Positions 40,179 through 53,500 of a DNA stretch of 64,000 nucleotides are shown one piece after another. Every line of letters starts with the position of its first letter. Position 1 is the stretch's first letter. Under the pieces are notes generated by a model. That model saw only the letters and a list, made by a program, of their open reading frames with translations, was not told the origin of the DNA and ran no database searches. This DNA comes from Hydrolagus colliei (taxonomy: Eukaryota). The position numbers and the translations under genes are program-made. Location: NCBI GenBank assembly GCA_035084275.1, contig CM068747.1:23994001-24058000 (forward strand). The letters are read 5' to 3'.

Positions 40179-41507
40179 CTAGACTGAATCCCGACCATTC
40201 TCAACGCGTGTTGCACTTTCTCTCTCAAAAATATATGCCCTGTAATAATTTAGTTCGTCCAGGCGGTTACAAAGCTAAGGTTGACTAAGAAAGAAATGAT
40301 TATGGTGAGAGATAGACACGGATACTTATTGTACCGCTAGTTCGTGAACTAGCGATTTTCTTTTTATGCTGACCTCTTGGCTTCTGCATTTTAACTTTCT
40401 ATAGTAGAACAACACTGGTATTCCACAAGTGAAACACTTTTAAGGACCTCTCCAAGACTGTGATGCTTTCTTTTTTAAGTTCATAACTTCAAATGTTACT
40501 TTGACTAAAAAGCCAGAAATTGTGCTTATTTTTCTAATTTACATGTAGTTCTAATTCTAATTGGGCAAAGAGTTTAACCTCTGAGGGAGTTTAGTAATTC
40601 TCGCGAATCTTGCTTCGTGCCTTCTACACTACAAGTTGCATAGACTTGGCGCAGAAAACATGACAGCATGACATTTTCGTTGAACTTTTGAGGATTTAAA
40701 GATGAGCCCATCAGAAGGATTCACTTCTTTTTCGGAATAATAGATGTGGAAAATAGCCTACATTTCATTGTAAAGTTCAACTGTTTAATTATTCCCATTT
40801 AAATGACAGTTGTATCGATTGATAATACCCATGAGCAACCACAGTTGGAATATGAAGCATGGGTCTCATTAAACCACACTCATATCACACACTCTACTGG
40901 ACCATCTGTGCTCGTAACTTCCACACCTAAGGGGTGTTGTGAACAAAGGCAACAGATAAGGATGAGATCAAATACTAGTTGAATCTATTTATGCGCATAG
41001 CTAATTCAAGCAAATGTTGGCGTTCTCACATTTTGCGAAGTTGTGGTTTGTTTACACAAACTCAGGATTGATATTATCGAATCATTTGCCCGTCACGACC
41101 AAATGAATCGATCAGAATCCCCCAATATAACCCATAAGGATGAAAGGGAAGGATAATTCACATATTTAGAAAGTTTCGCCAGTCCTTTTTTTTCGCTCGT
41201 GACTAATCCTTCCTAAGTAGACCATTGAGTCATTCAACCAGAAGTGATTTTACACGAATGTATTATTGTAACCTCTAAGGGTATGTTTCTTTACAATTTA
41301 TCATTGGAGTACACATCAAATATTCCCTGGACATGTGTAATGATCGCCAACCCCCCCACCCTCCCCAACCATATTACCAGCAGCAAGACAACGGGAATAA
41401 AGAGTTCCCTACTATATGCGACTTCTTTTGGTGAAGTTCACTGTAAATGCTCCAACAAACTTTGTGTGATTAAAAGCTGACAAACGAGTGAGCTATTGAC
41501 AAGATAC

Positions 41508-41991
41508 CTGCAACCGTGCAGTTGTTTTTCTGCTTGGAGTTTTGACGGCTCTCCTTCATCCATGGGAAGATTTGCTTGGTGAGAGTAGCAGCCGGGCTGC
41601 CAGAGGAATTTGGGATGGACTTAGTTCTTTTCTGTGACGAGGTGTTACTTGCATTGGGTGAGGGCGGTAACGGCGGTGGTTGTGGAGGCTCATTGATGCT
41701 TTGGGGCTGGGCAGTAGCCTGGTTGCCACTTGTTCGCATGCAGCTGCCATTTATGTCGGTGGGTTTATGGTTTGGGTCTCTGACACTGGGTGTTTGAATG
41801 GGACAGGTCGGGCTTTGATAACCATTTTCAACAGATGAGGTTGGGTATGTCGGGTGACTGGAGCTATAGCTGTAGGCGTTGGACTTTTGGTAAGAGTAGC
41901 CACCAAATACTCCGGCATTATCGTAGTAAGTCGTCTTTTGCATCTCGCTATTTCCGAATGACAGGGTCTTGACACCCTGATCGAATAGCAT
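41508..41991 (-). CDS. HOXD3: HoxD3 first coding exon
   Basis: MLFDQG...[10 protein letters not shown] resembles the D3-specific extension in human MLFEQG...[19 protein letters not shown] hexapeptide; donor GCAG|gtatc. An upstream acceptor (cccctag at 42045) implies non-coding 5' exons. Confidence 0.95.
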
Positions 41992-42110
41992 TGACACCCT
42001 CGCTCACGTGGCACAGTTCCCCCAATCGTGAAACCGCAGCAATCCTAGGGGTTGCCAGAGAAAAAAAAGCAACAGGAATGGTGAACCATTAGGAACTCAT
42101 AAATCAGTCA

Positions 42111-42160
42111 TAATAAAAAAATAATCCTTGCATTTGTTATAGCGCTTCTCGCGTCTTCAG
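42111..42160 (-). mobile_element. SINE/LINE 3'-tail fragment inside the cluster
   Basis: Minus strand gaagacgcgagaagcgctataacaaatgcaaggattattttttatta matches the tails at about 11350-11400 and 20410-20460. Confidence 0.6.
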
Positions 42161-44503
42161 TAAAAGAGCAATCTATAACCGTAAAATGATGTTCAGTTCG
42201 GGATTTATTTTTCAAACACACACAAATAACGAGAGTCTAGAAAAAAGAGCCTATCTTTACAATTCAATAAGCAATTCATGTTCTCGCTGCTGATAATTTT
42301 TTGAAAACTTTCAGGATGTTTTAATGTTGAAGCTTTTGGGTCCGAGTTTTTTTTGCTAGTTTTGTCATATTTTTAAAGGATGGAGTTAGCACTAAAGTGT
42401 AACCACAGTTACCAAATGGACAGTATTTTGTTCAGCTTACCACATTAAATATAAAGTTTATGGTTTAAATCCTTTAAACGGTTACCTGTTTACTACATGT
42501 CGTTGGCTGTTTATTTAGTACTTAATATCCAATTCATAACTAATTCATTAAAGCCCATCATAGACAAGTCATGTACCAGAAATGATTCCCCATAAATCAC
42601 AGGAAAACATTAAAAACAGCAAAATCATCCCCCCATAACATTTCAAACATCATGCGAAAAAACAGACAGCTTTATTCTACAACTTTATTAAGCAATATCC
42701 TCAAAATAAAATGTGAATGAAGTTTCAATAGCATTAGTAAATTCCGTTCCATCCCAGATGGTTTTACTGAGTGAGACCATTTTCGTACTGGTGAGAAACG
42801 AACAAACAAAACTCTTAAAAAGAGCTAAAATGCCATAGTCACAGGCGACGTGTTTGCCTGCAGCATTTGCTGTGGGTTTGCCTGTTTTATTCTGTGATCT
42901 AGACACAGTGTTATATGGGACATGATGGATCGAGCTTGTTCCAAAACGTGAAAAACCAGCGAAGTGTTCCCTTGCCATTGTTGGTTTCTTTTTCTTCAAC
43001 AGAAGGGAGGTTTGTGTGAAGCGAGTGTGTTTCTTTTATTACATCTTTCTGCTGACATTGAACAGGCAAGATGGTTAAAGTATAACTAGTTCATTTTGAA
43101 ACCCCTTTGTTACAAATAAAATGGAAAATAAGCAAGTCAGCGTTAAAAATCCATTCTCTGGTATTCATTATATGTGCACACCAGACCCATTTTATGAATT
43201 GTATTTAAAAATAACATACAGATAAACTCACTAAATGAGACCATCACATATATGCTTAGGAAAAAAATATAGATTACTCGTTATAGAATTTCGAGCTGTA
43301 CTGAGTTGAAACAAAAACAGTAAATGAATTGTGCATAATGTTTATTAGCCAACAACATTTTTAAAAAATCGATATACGTTCAATAATACAACAATATCAG
43401 AATCGATATGAAACAATGCAAATTAGGGAAGAGATTATAATTGTTGCAGTCGATGTGGAATTACAATATTCCCGTGAATAAACTTTATCGAGCTGCATCT
43501 TTTTTTCTACAAGATGTCTCCTCATTCAGCATTTCCCAATTCTCCACAGGAAAGTTAAAATATACCCACAACGTTGTGGAGAGGTCTGACCTCCCAGCAA
43601 GTCGTTATGAACTGCGCTCAGCAGAAGTGTCGAACCTTTTAGTTGCAATGTGGTCCCTTGTTCTTGAAATTAGAGCACTCTAATCTATCTACTAAACAGC
43701 CCAATTGCTCTGATTAGAAAGAATGACAAAATGTACCTTTTTTTAAAAAAGGAAACACACACACACACACGACTAGAAATGTGGAAAGAAAGTGAAACTT
43801 TATACAAGAAAGTGATTGACCAGAGTTCAATGTATTGTTGGCATTAGTTTTGTACGTATTCAGCGAATAAATGACCTCATCTGAGCAAAACTGAGCGTAA
43901 TATAAACCACTACGACCATTGGGTCTACAAGTTATCTCGCTACTACATCACGTCACAAATAGATTTTCTATTCATTTAGAAAAAGCCTTCAGCCAGACAG
44001 GATTTGACATTATAATGAAATATGAGGGTTATGATCTGAGGCCTCCAAAGTTGCAGTGAGAGACACGTGCAGATTTCAGCTGTTCTTTTAAGGGGGGGGA
44101 TTCTCATTCAGTGATTTTTTTTGCTTTCCTGTCCTATATTCCTTGTTTGCACACGTCTCCTTATGTTTAAACAGCAACATTTATGATGTTTTGTTAACTT
44201 GCCTTCACCTCGCAGATACTGCCATTTTAGCTCAATACTGTATTAGTTCCCATTGTATAGACTATCTTTAATCTAATTACATTTCTGTTCAAAGTACACT
44301 GTCCAAACCTTAAAAGATAAGAAAATGCCTCAGTATTATTTGTCCCGATAGGGTCGACACCTTCACCGACACACCCAGCCTGCTGGCTTGTATTTCATTT
44401 GAAGGCATTATCTCTGGAACATCAAAACTTACATTAATAAGGTATTGGCGAAAAAAAGACTGCGGCGAAGCAGCAAATCTTGTTCAGAAACAGCAATTGC
44501 TTG

Positions 44504-44520
44504 TGAACTCTGCTTGAACC
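44504..44520 (-). promoter_or_regulatory. DR5 RARE upstream of the HoxD3 coding exons
   Basis: Minus strand GGTTCA-AGCAG-AGTTCA, a perfect DR5 resembling the PG3 RARE (GGTTCA-AGAAG-AGTTCA at Hoxa3/Hoxb3, from recall). A Pbx/Hox-type TGATTTATGG lies about 20 nt away. Confidence 0.8.
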
Positions 44521-47500
44521 TAAATCGCAGCCACGGTCCATAAATCATTTGGACAATGGTCAACAGTTTCTGCGTGCATCTTTGGAATCTTTCTTACCTT
44601 ACAAGTTGTTTTTAAATGCAAGAGTGCAACACCTTATACCCAGATTTGACAAGTAACACCTTGGTATGGACCATCACCACTTTTCTCTCTCTCTCTCTTT
44701 GTATATGTACATATATATATCTATATATATCGGCTGCCTGATCCAAATAGATGGCATATAATGGCGGAGCCCGTGAAACGAAAAGTAAAATGTCAAATTA
44801 ATAAGTGCTTTAGGGTCATCATAAATGACAAGCGTCACTGCAACGGGAGGTAGTGGGGGGTGGGGGGTGGGGAGGGGGTGGTGGGGAGGGATTGAAGGAA
44901 CAGACATGCTCACACGTACCAATAAAGGAATAGAAGCCAACGAATTAAATGTCCGTTTTCAATTCCTTCCCATTTCTAGCATGGCGTGATATAGGTGGAG
45001 GAGACGTTGCAATGTAGCCTTGTATTATTATCTACCTTTTTTTAAAAAAACGAAAAAGGAACCCACGAGAGAAAGAGAAAAAAAAGAATAGTCCTCATGC
45101 TTTTATTATTAACTTGACAAGACTCCATCCAGCATTGTGTCTCTTATCTAAGTCTCCACTTAAGCTTCCTTTATGTAAAACATCAAAACAAACGTTATGG
45201 ATTTTTTTGGGTTAGTTGTCTTGTTATTTTCATTCTTATATCAGTAGGGTAGGCCAAGAAATGTTTCTTTTTTAAAAAAAACAGAAGGCCACAGGAGTGG
45301 GCAGTGGGAAGTTATTAGGAAGCGAGAGCCCTCACAGTGCATATCAATGCACCTGTCATTGTGGGCAACGCAAAATTTATGACTGCTGGTGCTATGGTTG
45401 TAAACGCTTCAATACAAAATGGGGTGGGGGGGGGGGGGGGGGGGGGGGGGGTGAGAGAGAGAAAAACACTTTCCAAAGACTTGAAGTGTAAAACAGCCAG
45501 AGCGTAGGAGGAAAGGCCAGAGAAAAAGAATCCCCTACTCTGCAAGTTTTCGTATATATATCAGCCGTTTTCACCAGCACTGTCAGAATTTTTATATATA
45601 AACCACAGAAAGTTGCCAAGGAATTCTAAGAGCGTTTTCAGACCAGATGCTTTTCACATCTGCCAGAAGCGTGCGGCTCGAGCTGGAGGATCCCAACGTT
45701 GTCTTTTGATATATATATATATATATTTAAAAAAACGCTATTAAAACAAGCAGCTGGGAGTCACATTTGAAATTGAACGTTTGCTGTCAGGTATGAAAAT
45801 AAGAAAAGAGGAGAAAGAAAAATAAGTAGAGGGTGGGGAAAAGTGGTGGGGGCTGTGTGTGTGTGTGTGGGGGGGGGGGGTTGGGTGGTGGAGTGGGGGG
45901 GTAGGGGGTGGGAGACGGAAAGTAACTTTGTATTCACCACGCGTTCAGTGAAAAATGATGTGGTTGGTTATTGCAAAATGTGGCGCCTTCTGCGTGTTTT
46001 CATAATTCGCTTCAATTGTGCACATTCGGTCGTTTCCTCTCTCGGCGATTGTTGTATCAACCCTTTCCTCCCTTCCTCCAGAGTCAAGAGCATTGTTGAG
46101 ACTACTGGTTTTAAATAAGTTGATGTTTAATGGAACTGCCCTGTTAAATGCATCAGGCTGCAGATCATTTACCATGTTTCAAACACTGGTCTGATCATCC
46201 CTTCCGGTAGTCAACATAGACGCTACCAAACCAGCTTTATGGCTGGCTGTATACTCTGCCCTCCTGGAAATGTAAGCTATTTTCGAGTTAACAGTATTTA
46301 CTACTTGATGTAGATACCAAAGGTCCAGACACATCCATTCAGGTTGCAGGGAGAAAGGCGACATCCGAGATTCTGCTCCTTTGAACTATGGCTGTTTATT
46401 TTAACATAATTACTTTATTGGGTGTAAGTTGGGATAAAACGAATACATTTCAGAAAGTAGGGGGGGGAGCTGAATGGGTTCCCTACTTCGAAAGCAGCAT
46501 TTTAAATATATATATATATTTGATGTGATCTGTGCACTGATTTGAATGCAGTTTTCAGCACTGATTTGAATCGCAAAATATATTTGAGGTGGCAGCGAAC
46601 GTGTGCTCGTCTCCTACTGAAGGTGTGACGTGAAATCAAAAAAAGTAGAAAGAAAAAAAATACACAGAAACCCCGTAAAACAAATAGCAGTTTATCTCAT
46701 TGGATGCAGTTGGAACCCGGGCGAGAAATATTCAGCAGCAACACTTGTAAAACTGGGCTAAAGCTAACACAACTGAACACAACCCATTGGAAGGAATCCC
46801 TTTGGAAAACTGAACCGCTAGGTTTTTACCACTCTATAGATGATTTTGTTTTGTATTCAAAAGATATGCACACGGTTTAAGGTGTGCTGGCCTGTGCACT
46901 GATGATTGCGATTACCTGATCTAAAATGGTGATTATGTTGGCGTGCGTTCAATGTTATTGGTACTTTTGAATACTTTACTCTACGATCTGTAATCTAGAC
47001 ACGATTATATAATGCAAGGCAGAGGCTACCAGCATCGCTGGTTGTGATTTAGAATTGGATTGCCTCCAGCACAAAGCAGAAGGGGAATTCGCATCCACAA
47101 CAGTGTGAACACAGTTACAAGCAATAAGAACCAAATGTATAAATCCGCATGCAGTTAAAGACTGTATATTAATATCTTCTGTGCTTCCGGTTTCATGGTG
47201 TGGGAAGCTGTTTATTTTTCGCCCTACATCAATTTCAATTTCTCATTAAACGTAGGTGTTTCAGAAGGAGAATGTGTGCATTGAATATATAACATTTATG
47301 TATGCAATTCTCTCTCTCTCTCCCCCCCACCACCACACACACACACACATACTCGACTGAAAACAACTCAACTTACCACGCTGGCTTTCTCTTTCAGACT
47401 TTCTTTGGGTTGGAATCGGAACCCGTCTGAATTCCGCAGACTCCGCCGACTTTCTTCTGAAAGAAGCAAAATGTAACAAAAATGCTTTGGATTGACATTA

Positions 47501-50500
47501 AGCATCGGTAATAGTTCGTAATACTTTGTATTTGTTTAACTCATCTGTTGGCTCCTAGCAAACAAAGAAACAGAACTTGGCCGCAGGCCCTGGTTTTATA
47601 TATATATATTTACGGAATAAATACATTTGTTTTTGTTATTCATGAGTTTTGTGGGCCAACCCAAAATCCCTCTGCGGTCGACGTTAACCAAATAGTTATG
47701 GAATTCGATTGAAAATAAAGAGAAAACGTAAGTTGTTGTTGATCACCTCATTTCCTTCAGAAATTAAAAAAAATTGCATTGTTCCTAAATAAGGGGCCTC
47801 TCAATATTATTAACATTATTATTATTAGTGATACATACGAGATATCCTACACTTGGTAATTCAAACAAAGATAGGGTTATACAAAATCGCTCCCTGTTCT
47901 AATGTTTACATATATATTTTTTAAATACAATTATGCCTTTCGAAATGTTTTGACAAAGAATGACTCGGGAGTACTTGAATACACAATAACAAATCACTTA
48001 TTCCGAGAGATTCTAATAATTCATATACGTATTGTGGAATTGTATATATATATATATTAATCGTCCGAGGTTTTCACATCCATCCCCTTTTAAGAGCAGA
48101 AATGTGCCTCGAGGGTGCAAGCGGCAGCTTTTATACCACACAACAATCATTATATTTCCGGGCCTACGTGGTTTGGTAGAGGAGGGAAGCATCTCGTTCT
48201 GTTATGGTTTTTTAATGAAGCTGGATACGAATGAAACATTAAATAATACTCGCTATTTATTAACAAAGCTTCTAATGATTCCACGTTAGAACCTGCCCCC
48301 AAGCCACGGTTTGTAACAGCATTCGCCTCTATACGAGTCATATTTATCTGTTGTTGTTACTTGCACAGCGGTGTTTTTTATGTGAAAGTATCACAGTTTT
48401 AAAACAAAGCAATATAACAATACAAATATGGAGGTTTCAAGAAAAAAAACTGGCGCCATATATAAAACTCATGAATAATGTATTCTATTGATAGGCGGTT
48501 ATGCTTTGTCATTGGGATACCAAACATCACGTATCACTTTTTATCGATTAGGAATGATGATAATCTGTGCAATAAACAGCCTGCTTATACAAAAAGTAAC
48601 TAAAATGCAGTAATACAACACAGTTAGACCTGGCATAGAAACTGCCCGCTCCTAATGAATGCGCTAGAGGCAGATTGAGGGTGAACAGAAGATGAACATG
48701 CAGAGATTTCAGTGTATTTAGACCAATTGAAAGTGAGTGCTTAAATCTGAAAATACATTTTGTAAACCAGCAAGGGTGGCAGAGCAAACATACAAAGAAA
48801 TCGCGGTCATTAGCTGACAATATATAAGAGTCATAAGCCTTTGAAATGACCTTTGGCTTGTACAGCAATAACTCACCACTTAATGAACAACCAACGGAAG
48901 CGCCTCCAATACCTCACAATACAGCTCATCACACAACTTCACCATGGCTGTTCTTATCGCTCTTTATTCCAACTAAGGCGCAGCACTTTACAAACTAGTC
49001 ACCCCAACTTGCGTCGATATAATTTGAAGTTTGAAGAGGATCCTAATCACAGTCGGAGCGGCATAGGTCCTCGGCCCAATGCCTCCCACCATAATGTCGT
49101 CTGTAATGTATTCACGTGGCCATACGTCAATTTAAGCTTTTTTTTATTTCTCTCTGAAATCACTCGATGCAGAGTATTCGCATGTAAATTATTTTAATTT
49201 TCAAGAAAAAAAAGCCAGTAAAAGTCGACACGCGTTGAACACTTGGTGCCTTCAAGCTGTTCTTGATAACGACTTAACTGTTATCATCGATAATCTTGAC
49301 GGTAAGTTTTTTTTAAAACATCTTATTTATTAACGTAGCAGGGGGTGGGGGGGGGGGGGGGGGGAGGGTTAAAAGAATGGGGGCTCATATTACCAGCCTA
49401 AAAGTGTACGGACTAACCGTTTAAATAGAGGTTGATTGATTTAATAGTTGAAAGTTGTACCAAACTTTCCCAGGAAGCTCTCTAAAATGCTAACCAGAGT
49501 TGGCAGGAAAAAAGCTTGGAAAATGATCCTGTTTATGCGTTACACTTCGTGTCTGCTAGGATCTCAAATCCGTCCATAAATCCAGCCGAGTTACTGTACG
49601 CGCTGCCTGAAAAAGTTTTTTTGCCTTCGTTCCGACATGAAAAGTTGTGTAAGCCACGTTATCAGGCGAATGTTGGCAGTTACCCTGGCGTGAGCTGAAG
49701 AAAGGTTTATTGAAATTTTAGGTGAAGTTGTAAGTGAGTGGCCCCATCGAGCAAAATGAAATGCTACTCACAGTAATTGGATTCAGCTGACTAACATGGC
49801 AGGCTAGCAGCTCCGAGGCATAGAGCAATGAAAAATGTGAGATGCCTCCAAGTTTTGACCGAACAGAGCACACACACACACACAGTGAAAAAACAACTTT
49901 TACACACTGGACAGTCTTAGGAAATGCCCCCAATCCTTTCTATGTTTACAAACCGAGCTTCCAGTCCAGGCAAAGACACGGTAATCTTCTTCTCGTCCCT
50001 GCTATACAGCATAATGTTACAAATGTCTATTAGTTGTCGCAAAAGTATTCTGTTTCTTTTTTGAAAAAAACAAAATAACTAAAGCCAAACCACTCTCACT
50101 CATTACCTGATATTAAATCAAAGTTTGATCCAAACCTTACATTGCCTTATTAAACAGGATATTATTCTTAAACGTGCGGATTTGGGCGTTCAGATGAAAA
50201 ACGAAAATAATTAATCTAGATACCAGTTAATAGTAAAAGCCCTGAAAGAGAAGGAGTGAATGGGAGTGAAGGCAAATGCAACCCGGCACTGGAACTGGGA
50301 GGAAAATAAGTTAAAATTTAACGCCCAAATTCCACTGAACTGGTCGCCTAGACACTTGGAGGCGAATAGTGAAATAGTCTGAATTCGAGTTTTTTCTGTG
50401 GGGCTCTTCATAAATTCGTTTATATTAGGCACATAGCCACAGAAATCGAATTACTCGTGTTACAGAAAAATGTTTCTGACAAGAATTTTTAAGATTTAAA

Positions 50501-53500
50501 ATAATATTCCACGTCTCCTATATTAAGCAGGTATGGATACACTTCTACCCGAGTTCCTAGAAATTCACAACTTGTTTTCGTTGAACGACAATAACATTAA
50601 TTGAGAAATAATTTATACAGCCTGCTGCAATAACTTTAGCCCGCAATATATTTCAGAAGCGCATAAATCAAAGAAGACTGCAGTCTGACGATAAGCTAGA
50701 GACAACAAATTAATGTGATTTACGATCTAAGTTTGCCAGTGACAGTTTGAAAAGTTCCCTGGGTTTCTTTCCCTTTTTATTTAGTTTTCCCTTTACATAA
50801 AACAGCAGAATCAGCTAAAACTCAGCCACAAGACAAATCTAGGACCGCTCTGGTTTGTCCGATCTAACCTTTTTCAAATTGCGCATTTTCGTGAAACAAC
50901 AGCGAAGTGTTCTGTATAAATCGCCAATCTTGGGAACAACATCAATTTTTTCTCTATCTCTCTCTCTCTCTGGAAATGCTGTTGAAATTGAAACAATGCA
51001 CTAGTTTGTATCAGATTTTCATACAATTTGGAATGAATAATATGTCTCCTGGCTGAAGGCATTAGGCAAACCTATTCCTAAAGGTTGCATTTGATCATGC
51101 TATTGCTTACCTGCGTATCAATTTATCATAAATCTGTGCTTCTCAAACTCAATCTCTTAGCCTGCAGCCGCGAATAATATCCTCCGCCGCTTGTCTGGAG
51201 ACAATGCTGTCTTAAACCTGATCTTGCGGTTTTACAGACATTTCGATACCAAATGGAGACGGTATTCCCGATAGAAATGGCTTCAGTCTGCGGGACAGCT
51301 ACCAATAAAAACGGCGTGCAGAGGTGCTTTAGGTTTAAATTCAAATCAAGACTTTCTAATCAAGTGTCCAGGGAGGGTAGTGGAGGTGGGGGTGGGAGAC
51401 TGGGGTGTGGAGGGGAGGGGGGTGGGGTGGGGGGGGTACGGGTGGGGAGGGGAAGTGGGGGGTGGGGGGGTGGGGGTGGGGGTGGAAGTATTTATAAAAC
51501 GGTAGGTATTCGTTTAAAAAAAGTAGCAATTTATGAATTTTGTAGTGCAACGGAAACCTTTTATAATCAGAAAATATAGGCGCTGCCTTGAGATACAGGC
51601 ATATTTGTTCACGTGATCTGTGTTACCAGATTGTTCTGATTGAGCCAGTAAGTCGAGCCAGCGCTACCTCACTAACATCTCTTTAATATGGACTGTTTGG
51701 GGGGCTTTCCGAGTCATTTTGCTATATTAACACCAATGGGGAGCTGAGTGAAAATTAAATATTCGGTGCTGTAACCGACCAAAAGCATTACAGTGTTAAA
51801 GGCATTCTTCACTCCAATCAGTTTGCTAAGCAGTGGGGGTGGGGGTGGGTGGGGGGGGATTCAGGTTTACCTAGTCAAACAATAGGTGCATATTATCGTT
51901 ACGTTTTTGCGGTCTCTTTAACTATATAAATATATAATATATGTGTGTGTATATACATATCCTCCAATGTTTGCTGTTTAACATTACATTGAACCCCGTC
52001 GTGTACAATATTGAACAAAATCTATTGTATCTTTTTTTTAAAAATCGGAATAATCAGGGCCACATATTTATAGGCAACTGCGTTTATTTTAAGGCCATTT
52101 TGTTTTCGAAAACAAGATATATCAATTGGTCTCACAGCCGACACAAAGGTTCATGATCACAGGGTGGATATACTAGTGGAATTGCTAAAAAAAAACGACC
52201 AAGTTAAATATTGTGGATAAAACACGTTAAACACCGTGACTGATAATAGGGGAGCTTTTAATGTACCAGTGATTCAAATTTGAACAATTAATTGGAGTCA
52301 AGCAGTTAGAAATAAAGAATTCGGCAACATTATAAGATTTCTGTGAAATCCTGTTCCTTCGTCTGAAGAATGTAAATAACTGTTGTACATCACCGTGATG
52401 TTTTTTAAGTGTGTGTGGCGAAATTGATGTCTTTGTAGCAGAAACTAATATGGGTTTTTCCCTTTCTTTTTTCAGGATAAGCAATTTATTTCAAGGAGGC
52501 CAAAGCTATCTATATGTGTATCACAATGCCTGAGCGTTTGAATTCTGTCTCCGGAATCTTTCCGTCTCCTTATTTGATCCCCTTTGCTACATTTAAATAT
52601 GTGTATATATATATATATATATAGTAACTGTTTTAAGTTACGGAAAATTAATTTTTAGCTGCATTCTATCGAATTGCCTTGTATTTTGTTTAAACGCTGC
52701 TTCAAACTGTTTTTAATATCTGAAACATTTGTCTGTAATTTAATAGCAATAAAAGGCATTCCTATTGACAGTAATGCATGACCTTATTGCACCTAGCGTC
52801 GGCTTAACGCAACATTTATCTAAATTACTTTACCCTCTGTGGCTCTGTATGGTCGTTATAGAAATATTGCTTTGCAATTACTGCAATATAAATTATTTAA
52901 AAGAAAATAAAACCCTTAAATGGCGTTTCTATGGCTTTAGTTTCACACTGTACTGTGCAGCACAAGTTACAATGCCCGTTTTTGTTTTGTGTGAAATAAA
53001 ATGATATTGGATTACTTAGAATAAATGATCTTCTTGGTCGTTCATTGCTGGGAAATCACACTTGGCTACAGATTTCGAAATGGTTCCCTTTTGAACATAG
53101 CTCCACACTAACAATACAAATGGACCGTTATATTTACGGCGAGAGCGCCCTTTTGCTGATGTGTTTGAGAATCGACTGGAAGAGGAAACGAGGGAAACGG
53201 TTATTCTATGGGATGGTGAGAATTCGGCTTTATGGAGTCTGTAGCTAAGTGAGGACCCTAGATGTCTTCAATCGCAGCATATGTTCATAGAGCAATAAAA
53301 AGAGAAAGATTTACTATCTTCGTCCGGCCCCCCAGCAGCCTCGCACCCTTTCAGGAATTACAAGTGGTGATTTATAACGGGGTTGGGAATTTTTGACCCA
53401 CCACACCATAATACTTTATTTCGATTTAATGAAAAAAAAGTTGTAATTAAAGCGTTTTCATCGATTCTTGTCTACCTGCTCCCTTTGCTGGACGAGGAGC

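Noticed and set aside
46534-46571. Direct repeat GCACTGATTTGAAT x2
   Set aside because: Two copies only; a simple slippage duplication rather than an array or CRISPR-like structure.
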